A DNA stretch of 64,000 bases from the NCBI GenBank assembly GCA_020184695.1, contig JAANOX010000047.1, forward strand, positions 62,001-126,000. The letters are read 5' to 3'. Positions 11,856-21,924 of the stretch are shown piece by piece. Made by a program: the position numbers and the translations under genes. The notes under the pieces are model-generated. The model was not told where the DNA came from and made no database searches. It was given only the letters and a program-made list of their open reading frames with translations. Each line of letters begins with the position of its first letter. Position 1 is the stretch's first letter. The DNA comes from Histomonas meleagridis 2922-C6/04-290x (taxonomy: Eukaryota > Protista > Parabasalia).

Positions 11856-12356
11856 TTATATATGAACAAAGTTTGTTAAATAGAATTTTAAACGGTGTTT
11901 GGTGCACCCAAAATCTGTTATCAAAATCGGTCACTTTTTGGATTCAATGTTTAATTGTTGAAGTGACAAAATTTTTCAAAAAGTGGTATCGGGATAATTA
12001 ATTTTGAAATTTGCATTCGCCACTTTTGAATGGCCCGATTTCATTTTATCTCTTCTCTCAGAAAGTACTTCCGTATAATGCACGGCTTGTGTTTATAAAT
12101 TTGGAAGAAGAAGTTAATTCGTAACATTTTTTAAAAATATTTAATTGTTTTATATAATATATAAAAATTCAAGTAGATTGTTGTGATCTTCGGTTTTTAT
12201 CATATTTGATTAGAGTTCTCATGGTTTTTGATTGTTTTCGATACAAATTCATACTTTTTCAGAATTTAGAGCTTTATAAGGGTTTTTACGTGAAACACAA
12301 TTAAAAATTAACACTATCGTTACTATATTTGAGTCAACCGGGTTAATTATCTATAA

Positions 12357-12995
12357 ATGGGAAACTCTGTTAGTGATGCACTATCCTCTTAACCAATTCA
12401 TTCAGACTATCACTCCTCTGACAGAATTAGACTTATACTAGAATCGCTTGAAAAAACCATTTTTAAATTAAACGAAGATAATATTAATAGTTCTGTAGAA
12501 ATAATTATGAACTTAGCAAATAATAATTTTTCAACTTTCCCATACTTTTTTATTTGTAGATTTATTTATTCAGCATTTCTTTCACAAATGAAAGATTGTA
12601 CTATTTATTTTCGATTTATGAAAGAAGTCGAAAACAAAGAAAAAGAAATAAACACAAACAATAATGGTTTGTTTAATGAATTTGTAAGTTTTCTTCTGTC
12701 TTTAAATTCTACTGAATCTTATTTTCTTCTAGAAAAGATGATCGAAATGGATATGATTTCTTCAGATTGTGTAAAGAATAAAGATACTTTTTATTTTCTT
12801 CATTAGAGAAATGAAAGTGAACTTAGTGAAAACCTTGATAAACTTCCAGTGAACGATTGGGAACTCCATAAGAAATATGTTAAAGAAGGGCATAATCCAT
12901 ATGAAATTGTGAAAATAATACGAAATGATAATGTTGAAAAACTTCAAGATATCCTTAAGTTTGCTCATCATTTTTTCTGTATAAGTATGAATTAA
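12357..12995 (+). pseudogene. Truncated pseudogene of the DUF3447/ankyrin family N-terminal region
   Basis: One frame from ATG 12357 (MGNSVSDALSS*) has in-frame TAA 12390 and TAG 12804. It reads NDWELHKKYVKEGHNPYEIVKIIRNDNVEKLQDIL, like KVIQNDNVEELQIL in the gene at 41142-43748, then stops at 12995 with no ankyrin repeats. Confidence 0.7.
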
Positions 12996-13280
12996 GATTA
13001 TCTTTTTAAAGCTCAAAATAACTTATTTTTTTCTTTTTATATTATAATTTTCCATGTTTGTCTAAAGTATTAAATAATATTTATTATATTGATCATTTAA
13101 AAACATATGAATTTAATAAATAATTGCATACAATATCAAGGCCAATATTATTACTTCCAAGCCTTTCATTTTTTTGACTAGGTGTCTCCATAATAAACAT
13201 GTTTTACATTTTTGTGTTGCAACATATACGATAACAGTTCAAATAAACGGCTTCGGCGCATTGAATTATCGCACAAAAAA

Positions 13281-15104
13281 ATGAAGAACGAGAACGAGGA
13301 AGAACTCGACATTGCTCTTTTACATGAAGAAGAATTCAAACCCCAAGAACCGCATGTTAAGAAATATAGGTATATTAAATGGATTCCAAGGGTTTATTGG
13401 CTTTTCTATCGAAAACCATTAAATTTTATTATCATTATAACCTCTTGTTTACCAGGTGTTACCTCTACTTTAAACACATACTTCATGGGTAAGGTTATTG
13501 ATGCATTATCTGCTGATGATCCTTTAGCTGAAATCAAAAAGTATTCAATTCTCTTATTTTTGATCAATGTTGTATCTGCTGCTTTTTCATATATCAACAG
13601 TCGTCTTTGGGTTGTCATCAGTTCCAAAATAGGTATAAAAATCAGATCAATGTTATTTAAGTCATTAATGAATAATGACATAACATTTTATGATCAAAAT
13701 GAGATAGGCCGTATGCTAAACTTACTTGGTAAAGATGCTACAACTGTCGAAAGTATTTTTAATCATTCAAAATCTTTCCAAGCCAGACTTGTTGGACAAT
13801 TTTTCACTGCAATCACAACCTCACTTTCAATCAACATACCACTAACTCTTATCACATTATCTGTTTTACTTGCAGGGCAAGTTCTTATTCATTTATTCAA
13901 GAAACTTAGTCGTAAATATAGTAACAAAGCGTCACAGCTTATTGGAAATTCCATTACCATTGCGGATGAATCAGTTGCCAATGCCCGTGTTGTTGCATCT
14001 TTTAATCGACAAGATAAAGAACTTGAACGTTATAAAGAAGTCTTAGATGAATTTTGTAAATATGAAGGCAAGACCAAAATCAACCAAGGCATATCCTTCT
14101 CCATTAGTTATCTCATTAATTGGGTTACTGTTTCATTTGTATTAAGTCTCGGCTGCGTAAAAGTGGCAAAAGGCGAATTAACCGCCGGAGCACTTTTCAC
14201 TTTATCTCGATCGTCATTTATGGGTTCGTTAGCGATTCGAAATTTCCTACAAACAATAGCACCTGAACAACGAGCTATTGATGCAAGTGAGCGTATATTT
14301 GAAGTTGTTGATATGCAACCTACAACACCAACAAGTGGCGGTATTACATTACCAACATTTAAAGGGAACATTGAGTTCAAAAATGTTTGGTTTAAATATC
14401 CGACACGAGATCCATGGGTATTACAAAATGTATCCTTTAAAGTTAATGCAGGAGAAATAGCTGCTTTTGTAGGCCATAGTGGAAGTGGTAAATCCACAAT
14501 AGTACAATTAATATTACGTTTTTATGATGTTAATGAAGGCGTAATATTATTTGATGATGTACCAATTACTGATTTAGATCCGCATTGGATTCATAAAGTA
14601 ATTGGAGTAGTTCAACAAGATCCGGTACTATTTGCTAAGAATGTTATTGATAACATTAAATATTCAGTTCCTGATGCAACATTTGAAGAAGTAGAAAACG
14701 CTGCACATGTTGCACACGCTGATGGTTTCATCGATGAGTTACCACAAAAATATGAAACGTTCATCGGCGAAAAAGGAAGTACATTAAGTGGAGGACAAAA
14801 ACAAAGAATCGCAATCGCAAGAGCAGTGCTGAAGAACCCGCCGATATTCATCGCGGATGAGGCGACGTCTGCTTTGGACGCAGAAAGTGAAAAAGAGGTC
14901 CAGGAGGGACTCGACGCAGTGATGGAGGGAAGGACATCGCTGATAATAGCACATAGATTGGGAACAATTAGATCAGCAAAGACAATTTACGTGTTCGATA
15001 AGGGAGAAATTGTGGAATCGGGCGCACACGACGAACTGGTGGCCAAAAAGGGCCACTTCTATAACTTAGTGCAAAGGCAATTAACAACGAAAAGTGACCA
15101 ATAA
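13281..15104 (+). CDS. ABC transporter, ABCB-type half transporter (TMD + NBD)
   Basis: Walker A GHSGSGKS, Q-loop VQQDP, signature LSGGQKQRIAIARA, Walker B IADEATSALD, H-loop IAHRL, N-terminal TM helices. First ATG at 13281. Confidence 0.96.
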   Translation: MKNENEEELDIALLHEEEFKPQEPHVKKYRYIKWIPRVYWLFYRKPLNFIIIITSCLPGVTSTLNTYFMGKVIDALSADDPLAEIKKYSILLFLINVVSAAFSYINSRLWVVISSKIGIKIRSMLFKSLMNNDITFYDQNEIGRMLNLLGKDATTVESIFNHSKSFQARLVGQFFTAITTSLSINIPLTLITLSVLLAGQVLIHLFKKLSRKYSNKASQLIGNSITIADESVANARVVASFNRQDKELERYKEVLDEFCKYEGKTKINQGISFSISYLINWVTVSFVLSLGCVKVAKGELTAGALFTLSRSSFMGSLAIRNFLQTIAPEQRAIDASERIFEVVDMQPTTPTSGGITLPTFKGNIEFKNVWFKYPTRDPWVLQNVSFKVNAGEIAAFVGHSGSGKSTIVQLILRFYDVNEGVILFDDVPITDLDPHWIHKVIGVVQQDPVLFAKNVIDNIKYSVPDATFEEVENAAHVAHADGFIDELPQKYETFIGEKGSTLSGGQKQRIAIARAVLKNPPIFIADEATSALDAESEKEVQEGLDAVMEGRTSLIIAHRLGTIRSAKTIYVFDKGEIVESGAHDELVAKKGHFYNLVQRQLTTKSDQ

Positions 15105-15128
15105 GTGAAATTATAACATTAAACGTAT

Positions 15129-15478
15129 TGTTATGTTAATGTGTTATTTAATTTTGTTGTTATGTTAATGTGTTATTTAATTTTGTTGTTGTGTTAATGT
15201 GTTATTTAAATTTGTTGTTATGTTAATGTGTTATTTAATTTTGTTGTTATGTTAATGTGTTATTTAATTTTGTTGTTATGTTAATGTGTTATTTAATTTT
15301 GTTGTTGTGTTAATGTGTTATTTAATTTTGTTGTTGTGTTAATGTGTTATTTAAATTTGTTGTTATGTTAATGTGTTATTTAATTTTGTTGTTATGTTAA
15401 TGTGTTATTTAATTTTGTTGTTATGTTAATGTGTTATTTAATTTTGTTGTTGTGTTAATGTGTTATTTAAATTTGTTG
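15129..15478. repeat. 29-bp tandem minisatellite, 12 copies (TGTTATGTTAATGTGTTATTTAATTTTGT) with a degenerate tail to ~15620
   Basis: GTTAATGTG recurs at 15135, 15164 ... 15454, exactly every 29 nt. Only two positions vary. Confidence 0.97.
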
Positions 15479-16021
15479 TTGTAATTTTATTGTTTGGTTA
15501 TGTTACGTTAAATGGTTTTGCTGTTATGTTAATGTATTATTTGGTTTTGTTGCTGTAATGTTTGGTTATATTTTGTTTGTTGTTGTGTTTAGCTTTGTGT
15601 ATACTTCATTATGTTTTGGCTTGATTATGCAGTCTTAATATTTCCTTTTTTTAGATGTTTTGCAAATTTTGGATTTTGGTATTTTAATATAGACAAAATA
15701 TAATAAAAACAACCCTTATTTTTTATTTTAGTAAAAATTATTTATGATGCAATTTTTTGAACTTTTTTCTATTCCATAATTTCGAATCATTTTTGATCAT
15801 CAATCGAAGGAGTGCCCCGCTAAAGATCGAAAAGAATTTTCCCTTTCATTTCCAAAATGCACCATTATATCAATTGTAACACACAAACTTGATATAAAAT
15901 AAAAATGTTCAAATTAAAACTTTTTTTTATAAAAATTGAGAAAGATTTATCTTCAAAATATCTTCAAACTTTCCTAATTTCTTATTTATTTTTTGCTTTT
16001 GTTCTTTGTTTCTAATTTCCT

Positions 16022-16032
16022 TCATTTTCATT
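16022..16032 (+). promoter_or_regulatory. Trichomonad initiator (Inr, TCA+1YT/A), tandem copies
   Basis: TCATTTTCATT 7-17 nt upstream of ATG 16039. Similar TCACT at 34037-34041 and 43835-43839 lie just before the ATGs at 34046 and 43848. Confidence 0.6.
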
Positions 16033-16038
16033 TTTAAA

Positions 16039-16872
16039 ATGCTTCAAATTACAGATTTTATTCTTAAGCAAAAAATTATTTTTTTAGACGGAGCAATAGG
16101 AACTCTTCTTCATAGCTCAGGATATGATTATAGTTCCTCTATAGAAAGATTTATTCTTCAACATAAGGATTTGTATATTTCAATTTTGAAAGAATATGAA
16201 AAATCTGGTTCAAGCATTATATATACACCAACGCTTTTGAGTAACAATATTTTTTTCTCAAAAAATAAAATTTCAAGGGAAGATGGGAAACAAATGATTA
16301 AAGATATTATTACACTTATGAAAGAGCATACAAACTGTTACATATTTGGATGCATTGGCTCAGTGGATCCAAATGCTGAGTACACAAATGAAGAATTAAA
16401 TAATATTTATTGTGACCAAATTGATGCATTTATTGAAACAAAAGTTGATGGTATCATAATTGAAACACAAACAAGCCTTAGAATAGCAAAATTTCTGGTA
16501 GATAAAACGCGCAATTTTTTTTCTGTTTTTATCACATTTTCACTTGATGATAGAGGAAAAACGTTTGATAACAAAGATATTACCGAATGTTATCAAGAAC
16601 TTGAAAATGACATTGCGGGGTTTGGGGTAAATTGTACTTCTTTTGAAGGAACACTTCAAGCAATTCGAAAACTAAATATGATATCCAAAGTTCCTTTAAT
16701 TGCAAAACCAAATATGGGAATTGATGGAAAAGAGAAAATGAAAACAAAAGAAGAATTTACAGATTTTTGTATCAATGCTTATAAATGCGGTGCAAAATTA
16801 ATCGGAGGTTGTTGTGGATCGTCGCCTGTGTATATACAACATGCAAAATCAAAATTGTTTAATATAATATAA
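16039..16872 (+). CDS. Homocysteine S-methyltransferase family protein (stand-alone MetH-type Hcy-binding TIM barrel)
   Basis: FLDGAIGT start motif, DGIIIETQ, GVNC Zn ligand, AKPNMG, IGGCCGSSP Zn ligands. Confidence 0.92.
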   Translation: MLQITDFILKQKIIFLDGAIGTLLHSSGYDYSSSIERFILQHKDLYISILKEYEKSGSSIIYTPTLLSNNIFFSKNKISREDGKQMIKDIITLMKEHTNCYIFGCIGSVDPNAEYTNEELNNIYCDQIDAFIETKVDGIIIETQTSLRIAKFLVDKTRNFFSVFITFSLDDRGKTFDNKDITECYQELENDIAGFGVNCTSFEGTLQAIRKLNMISKVPLIAKPNMGIDGKEKMKTKEEFTDFCINAYKCGAKLIGGCCGSSPVYIQHAKSKLFNII

Positions 16873-17149
16873 AAGTTATATTCTCTTGTTATTATTTTTT
16901 CAATTATGATTTATGGTTCTCATTATCTTGTTATTGTAATAACACATAGTTACTCATTTGAGAAATAATTCATTACACTATAATTTATCGATTTAATTTT
17001 AGTCATCGCGAATAATGAAACCAGTTTTTTATTGGCCTCGATTACAACGGTTGTAATTATTGCCAATTTCGTGTAAACTCATCAAAAAGTTGTCGGTAAC
17101 GCTTTTCTCCGGTCAAATTGTGATTTGACCAAAAAAAAACAATATCGGA

Positions 17150-18238
17150 ATGTCAAGAAATGAAAGGCAAGGCAATAACAGAAGAGACTACATTCCACCC
17201 CACCTTGATCCTCGATTCAGAGATCAATATCAATCACAAAATACAAATAGCGAACAAGTAAAAATTAGTGAAAGAATTTTATCAGGACAAAATCCCAACC
17301 AAGAACGCAGTTCTAATAGGAGCTTTGTTCCTCCAAATATTAGTAGTAATTCAAATAATTTCACTTCTTCATCTACAACAACCAGAGATAGTCATAGCAT
17401 ATCCTCAAATCGGAGCTTCGTTCCCCCAAATATTAGTTCCAATACAACACAAAAGCAAAGTGGCTTTTCTTCTTCATCATCAACAACCAATACATCAAAT
17501 CGAAGTTTTGTTCCACCCAACATAAGCAGTAATGCATCACAAAGATCAAATAATTTTGAATCTTCATCGCAAAGTAGAGATACACAAAATACTTCTTCAA
17601 ATCGAAGTTTCGTTCCACCAAACATAAGCAATAATGTATCACAAAGATCAAATAATTTTGCATCTTCATCGCAAAGTAGAGATACACAAAATACTTCTTC
17701 AAATCGAAGTTTTGTTCCACCAAACATAAGCAATAATGTATCACAAAGATCAAATAATGTTACATCTTCATCGCAAAATACTTCTTCAAATCGAAATTTT
17801 GTTCCACCAAACATAAGTAGCGGCGCAACGCATCGCCAAAACAATTTTTCATATTCATCTTCAAACGCAAATTCACACAACACATCAAACAGAAGTTTTG
17901 TTCCACCAAATACAAATAGCAGCACATCACAACGACAAAACTATAACACTTCTTCTTCATATTCAAGTTCAGAAGTTACTTCTTCAAATCCTTACTTCGA
18001 ACGTCACGACATTGGTTTCCATAGCGATCCGCCAGAGCAAATATTTCCTTCCCAAGACCCATTAAGGTACAGCAATGTTTTCTGGTTTAGTTCAAATCGG
18101 AGGAACTCAATGCCAAAAAACACAAGACAACAAACACCGATCGCAAATAATGGAGAAGCGTGCCAAGAATTTGTGTTCTTTATTGTTGTGTTAGTTGTTA
18201 TGATTGTTTTGATCATTTTGTTTAGTATATTTTTTTAA
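17150..18238 (+). CDS. Ser/Asn-rich disordered protein with 7x SNRSFVPPN motifs and a C-terminal TM anchor
   Basis: 362-aa ORF with a repeated motif and a hydrophobic C-terminus FVFFIVVLVVMIVLIILFSIFF. Confidence 0.8.
   Translation: MSRNERQGNNRRDYIPPHLDPRFRDQYQSQNTNSEQVKISERILSGQNPNQERSSNRSFVPPNISSNSNNFTSSSTTTRDSHSISSNRSFVPPNISSNTTQKQSGFSSSSSTTNTSNRSFVPPNISSNASQRSNNFESSSQSRDTQNTSSNRSFVPPNISNNVSQRSNNFASSSQSRDTQNTSSNRSFVPPNISNNVSQRSNNVTSSSQNTSSNRNFVPPNISSGATHRQNNFSYSSSNANSHNTSNRSFVPPNTNSSTSQRQNYNTSSSYSSSEVTSSNPYFERHDIGFHSDPPEQIFPSQDPLRYSNVFWFSSNRRNSMPKNTRQQTPIANNGEACQEFVFFIVVLVVMIVLIILFSIFF
17308..17920 (+). repeat. Coding repeat: seven ~30-bp conserved units (TCAAATCGAAGTTTTGTTCCACCAAA..) with variable spacers, including a near-exact 102-bp duplication
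   Basis: Seen directly in the DNA and the protein. Confidence 0.9.
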
Positions 18239-18902
18239 ATAGTAATCGTTTGATTAAATCGTGAATTATTATTTATTTTTTAATAATTGAGAGAATAATG
18301 GAAAAATGTGATAATTAATTGTTTTACAGGATTTAAATCGCTTTAATAAGTACATATCCAAATCATTGATGACAGCATCTGAAATGGAAAATCATAATTA
18401 ATTACTTTTTGATATTTATTATGATATTTTTTTTATCTAGAGATATTTTTCAAAAGTATTAGGGTTTGTAAATTGATAATCGATTCACGAATGTTATAGT
18501 CTTTTCGGGAAAGAATTTTTTTGTTCAGAAATTTTTTTTTGTTTTCGGAAAAGAAACATTTTTCGAATAAGTAGTATATTTGCAGAAAAACAAAGCTTTT
18601 TGTAAAAATAATTTCAGAAACACACATAGCTTTTCCGAAAAGATATTCTTTCCTGAAAATGCTATAAGATTTTCGAAAAAGACTATAGCATTCGCTAATT
18701 AATTACCAATTCAAGAAAAACTCTATTAAAATATGTTCTAAAAAGATATTTAATCGTTACCATTTTCATGAAAAAAAGATTTTTCAATTTTTTTTATGCT
18801 TATATATATTAAGGAGGATTTTTTTTCATTCTTAAAAAAGAACTTCTATCAAATCTTTTAACTCATGGATTTAAAATTTCGCAATAAATCATATAAAAAT
18901 CT

Positions 18903-20306
18903 TTATTTACCATCATCTAACTCCTCGAAATTAAAATCCAAAGGCTGATGTACCGCAACATAAGTAGGCCAATGTTCCATTTGACACTTATGACTACAAT
19001 AGCATCTTTTTAAACCTGTCAAATGATCCAAAGACACCAAAGGGTATAACAAAGGCCTTTTACATTTAGCGCATCTATACAAATGCAACCCTGTTAAACT
19101 ATCGCAAATTCCGTTCATTTGATTTTTTATGATAGGAAAAGGCGCAATACATTTTGCCTCCAAATTTTCCATTTTTAACAACTCTTTAAAATCATTTCCT
19201 GATATATATGATAATATTCCATCATCATTAAAAAAGAATTTATCATCAGAATATTCACAACATAAGTCTTCTAACTTATAAAGAGGATGTGACCACTTCT
19301 TAATTTCATTTAAATGATGTTCATAATATGTACCATGTGTAGTTAAAGCTAAAACCATTTTTTGTGGATTAACAAGTGAACGAACCCATTTTATTTGTCG
19401 CACACAAAAACTTCGACTTAACTCAAAATTATGTTGTACAACTTTATTACCTTCGATTTTCCATATACAAAAAAAATCCATAGTTTCTTGCTCAATTAAA
19501 ATTCCGATTTTTTCCGAAGTTGGATCAATTTCGACTTGGCGAATATAACAAGGAAATAAAAAATTATATACATTACTATTCCAATATTTGTCATTCTCTG
19601 TCGGTGATGAAAAACTCCAAAGAATTATTGTTGGACATAAATCATCTGACCAACTTACGCAATGCCATTTATGCGTTCCACCTGATGAAATATGTGTAAC
19701 ACGTTTCATATGTGAACCAGCAAAAAGGATTTCAGGGATTAATCTGTGATCGTAATTATTAAAATTTATTTGGTTACGTGGTGAATTAAAGAGAATAATG
19801 GATGAATTGGAAAGTCGTGGTAATGCAATGTATGAATGAATATATGATGAATATGTAAGATCAGAAATTGATAATAATGATTCAGCAAATATTAATTCTA
19901 TGGAATTCAGCGAAATTTGGTAAACTCCAATAGATGGAATTTTTTTGTATATTATACCCGTGATAATTAAATGCTCCCTTTCTGGTATATATTCAATTTT
20001 TACATCAGAGGAATTGGATTTAAATTTAACTGTACCTATACAAACTGGATTTGATAAAAATGGATTGATGACATGTGATGTATCATAATTATCATGTAAA
20101 ATTTCACCTCCCTTTATAATCCCTTTGATAAGTTGCCCAAAAAAAGTTGGCGTTGATAGATAATTTGGATATTTATAAATATTATGATCAGGTGCTAATG
20201 AAGAAATATAAACATTTCCTGATTCTAGAACAAATAAAATTAAGTGATTACGCCAAAATGATGTTTGCTTAAGGTATTTTGCAAACACCGGAAAAGGGTT
20301 CGACAT
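18903..20306 (-). CDS. WD40-like beta-propeller protein with a C-terminal MYND/TRASH-like Zn finger (paralog A)
   Basis: AGSHMKRVTH..VSWSDD..IILW repeat; C-terminal CAKC...CYCSHKCQMEHW; clear homology to 32052-33422. Confidence 0.75.
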   Translation of the reverse strand: MSNPFPVFAKYLKQTSFWRNHLILFVLESGNVYISSLAPDHNIYKYPNYLSTPTFFGQLIKGIIKGGEILHDNYDTSHVINPFLSNPVCIGTVKFKSNSSDVKIEYIPEREHLIITGIIYKKIPSIGVYQISLNSIELIFAESLLSISDLTYSSYIHSYIALPRLSNSSIILFNSPRNQINFNNYDHRLIPEILFAGSHMKRVTHISSGGTHKWHCVSWSDDLCPTIILWSFSSPTENDKYWNSNVYNFLFPCYIRQVEIDPTSEKIGILIEQETMDFFCIWKIEGNKVVQHNFELSRSFCVRQIKWVRSLVNPQKMVLALTTHGTYYEHHLNEIKKWSHPLYKLEDLCCEYSDDKFFFNDDGILSYISGNDFKELLKMENLEAKCIAPFPIIKNQMNGICDSLTGLHLYRCAKCKRPLLYPLVSLDHLTGLKRCYCSHKCQMEHWPTYVAVHQPLDFNFEELDDGK

Positions 20307-20344
20307 GCAAATTAACGTTCAATCAGTAAAAGTTACCTAAAAAA

Positions 20345-21700
20345 ATGAGAAAAAAACTTATTCGCAAAGCTATCTCAAAAATAGATTTTATTCGCATGCC
20401 TAAACTTGATGAAGAAGAACCTGATGATATTAATAAAAAATTTGATTCTGATGTATCTAATTTCTTCGAGATGCCAATATTAGAAAATTACTCAATGCAT
20501 GACTCAGAGCTGGCCTCAAGAATACTCGGTAATTTATTTTATGTTTTACATGAACCAGATGAGCGCATGGAAAAATTAATTCCATTGTTTGAATCCTCAA
20601 AATTAATTTATAAAGTTATTGATTTATATTGTCAAACTACTGAAGTTCCAATTCTTTATCTCTGTCTTTTAATTTTTACTGATTATACCTATCACTTTGA
20701 AGATACATCCATGTTTTGCGACATTGGTTTGATTGAGAAAATCTTTGGCTCAACGACATCAGCAGAACCAAACCTTTCTCGAGCAAGCTGCAGTGCGATA
20801 TTAAATCTTTTAGTAAACAAGGATATTTTTATGCTGAAAAATGTGAAAGAATGGTTTGAAATTTATGATTCCTTTAATGATAATCCTATGGCGCAAATTC
20901 GTTTTCTTTATGCTTTATCTAGGCATAATCCCCCACCAGATCAACTTTATACATTATTAGATTATACAACGACTTTAATGTTAGAAAACAAAAATGATTT
21001 TAACTTAAATGAATTAGCAATTGCAACAATGTATTACATATTAAATAATTCTGATTTTATTACACAAGATTATTTATCTGATCTTTTTTCTGATGAAATC
21101 TTTGAAATTATCTCGAATTATCTTGACTTCGAAGATATTTCACCAAAAGCTTTTGATATACTTAAAATTTTATATGGGTTTAATATAAATATACAAAATA
21201 TTCTCATCCAAAGTGCATTACATAAAATGTTATGTGCATTACGAAGTGAACCTAATAAAAATTTAAAGGTTCCAATTCTTGATTTTATACGATTTTTAAT
21301 GGAAAAATTAATATGGAGAATTACACCCGATTTTATTGAAGTTGTTCTTCTAGTTGCCTCTGATGGATGTTTCGATGAGAAAAAAGAGGCAATTTATATA
21401 ATTAAAATTCTCTTAGATGATGACATGTTGAAGGAAACAGATCTTAATAAGTTTTATACAATTGTTTTAGATTTTTTGTCTTGTGAAGATAAGAACTTAA
21501 TTATTCTAGTTCTCGAAATTATTAATAATTTATTATATAAAAATGAAAGTTTTAAGGAATTCTTGCTTTCATCCGAAGAAGAAATGAATCTGTTATATGG
21601 TGTTATCCATGATCCAACATTAATGGACTTAGATGATAGTGGCATTTTAAATTCAATAGATAAAACACTCGAATGTTTGTTATCTGAAGATGAAGAATAA
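20345..21700 (+). CDS. ARM-repeat / importin-alpha-like helical protein
   Basis: 451-aa helical ORF with DGCFDEKKEAIY-type ARM C-terminal motif. The start may be ATG 20396. Confidence 0.7.
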   Translation: MRKKLIRKAISKIDFIRMPKLDEEEPDDINKKFDSDVSNFFEMPILENYSMHDSELASRILGNLFYVLHEPDERMEKLIPLFESSKLIYKVIDLYCQTTEVPILYLCLLIFTDYTYHFEDTSMFCDIGLIEKIFGSTTSAEPNLSRASCSAILNLLVNKDIFMLKNVKEWFEIYDSFNDNPMAQIRFLYALSRHNPPPDQLYTLLDYTTTLMLENKNDFNLNELAIATMYYILNNSDFITQDYLSDLFSDEIFEIISNYLDFEDISPKAFDILKILYGFNINIQNILIQSALHKMLCALRSEPNKNLKVPILDFIRFLMEKLIWRITPDFIEVVLLVASDGCFDEKKEAIYIIKILLDDDMLKETDLNKFYTIVLDFLSCEDKNLIILVLEIINNLLYKNESFKEFLLSSEEEMNLLYGVIHDPTLMDLDDSGILNSIDKTLECLLSEDEE

Positions 21701-21924
21701 ATGTTATTTGACATTATACTTTTTTCTTTTTTGAAAGGAAATATTTTAAAAATAAAACAATCATGATTTATATTAATAAATAATTTATCAAAAAGATAGA
21801 ATGTCTTTGTGAGATGAAAGTCTTTATTTATTCATTGATATAAATCTTTTTAAAGATTCCAAAACTTTTCTTCTTCTAAAATGACCTATCGTCAAATTTT
21901 AATTCTCTTTAAAATTGCTCTTAC

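Noticed and set aside
12357-12995. Alternative genetic code (TAA/TAG = Gln) suggested by in-frame stops
   Set aside because: Conserved genes (Ub-L40, ITPA, Rabs, ABC) end at TAA in the expected places and have no internal TAA/TAG.
12762-13016. 84-aa minus-strand ORF
   Set aside because: Antisense shadow of the DUF3447-like pseudogene.
15129-15478. CRISPR array
   Set aside because: Head-to-tail 29-bp units with no spacers, eukaryotic context, no cas genes.
17308-17920. CRISPR-like repeat-spacer pattern
   Set aside because: Repeats and spacers are all in frame within one ORF and explained by a peptide motif.
17268-18216. Overlapping antisense and alternate-frame ORFs (17268-17525, 17392-17925, 17433-17753, 17760-17966, 18004-18216)
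   Set aside because: Shadows of the repetitive Ser/Asn-rich sense ORF.
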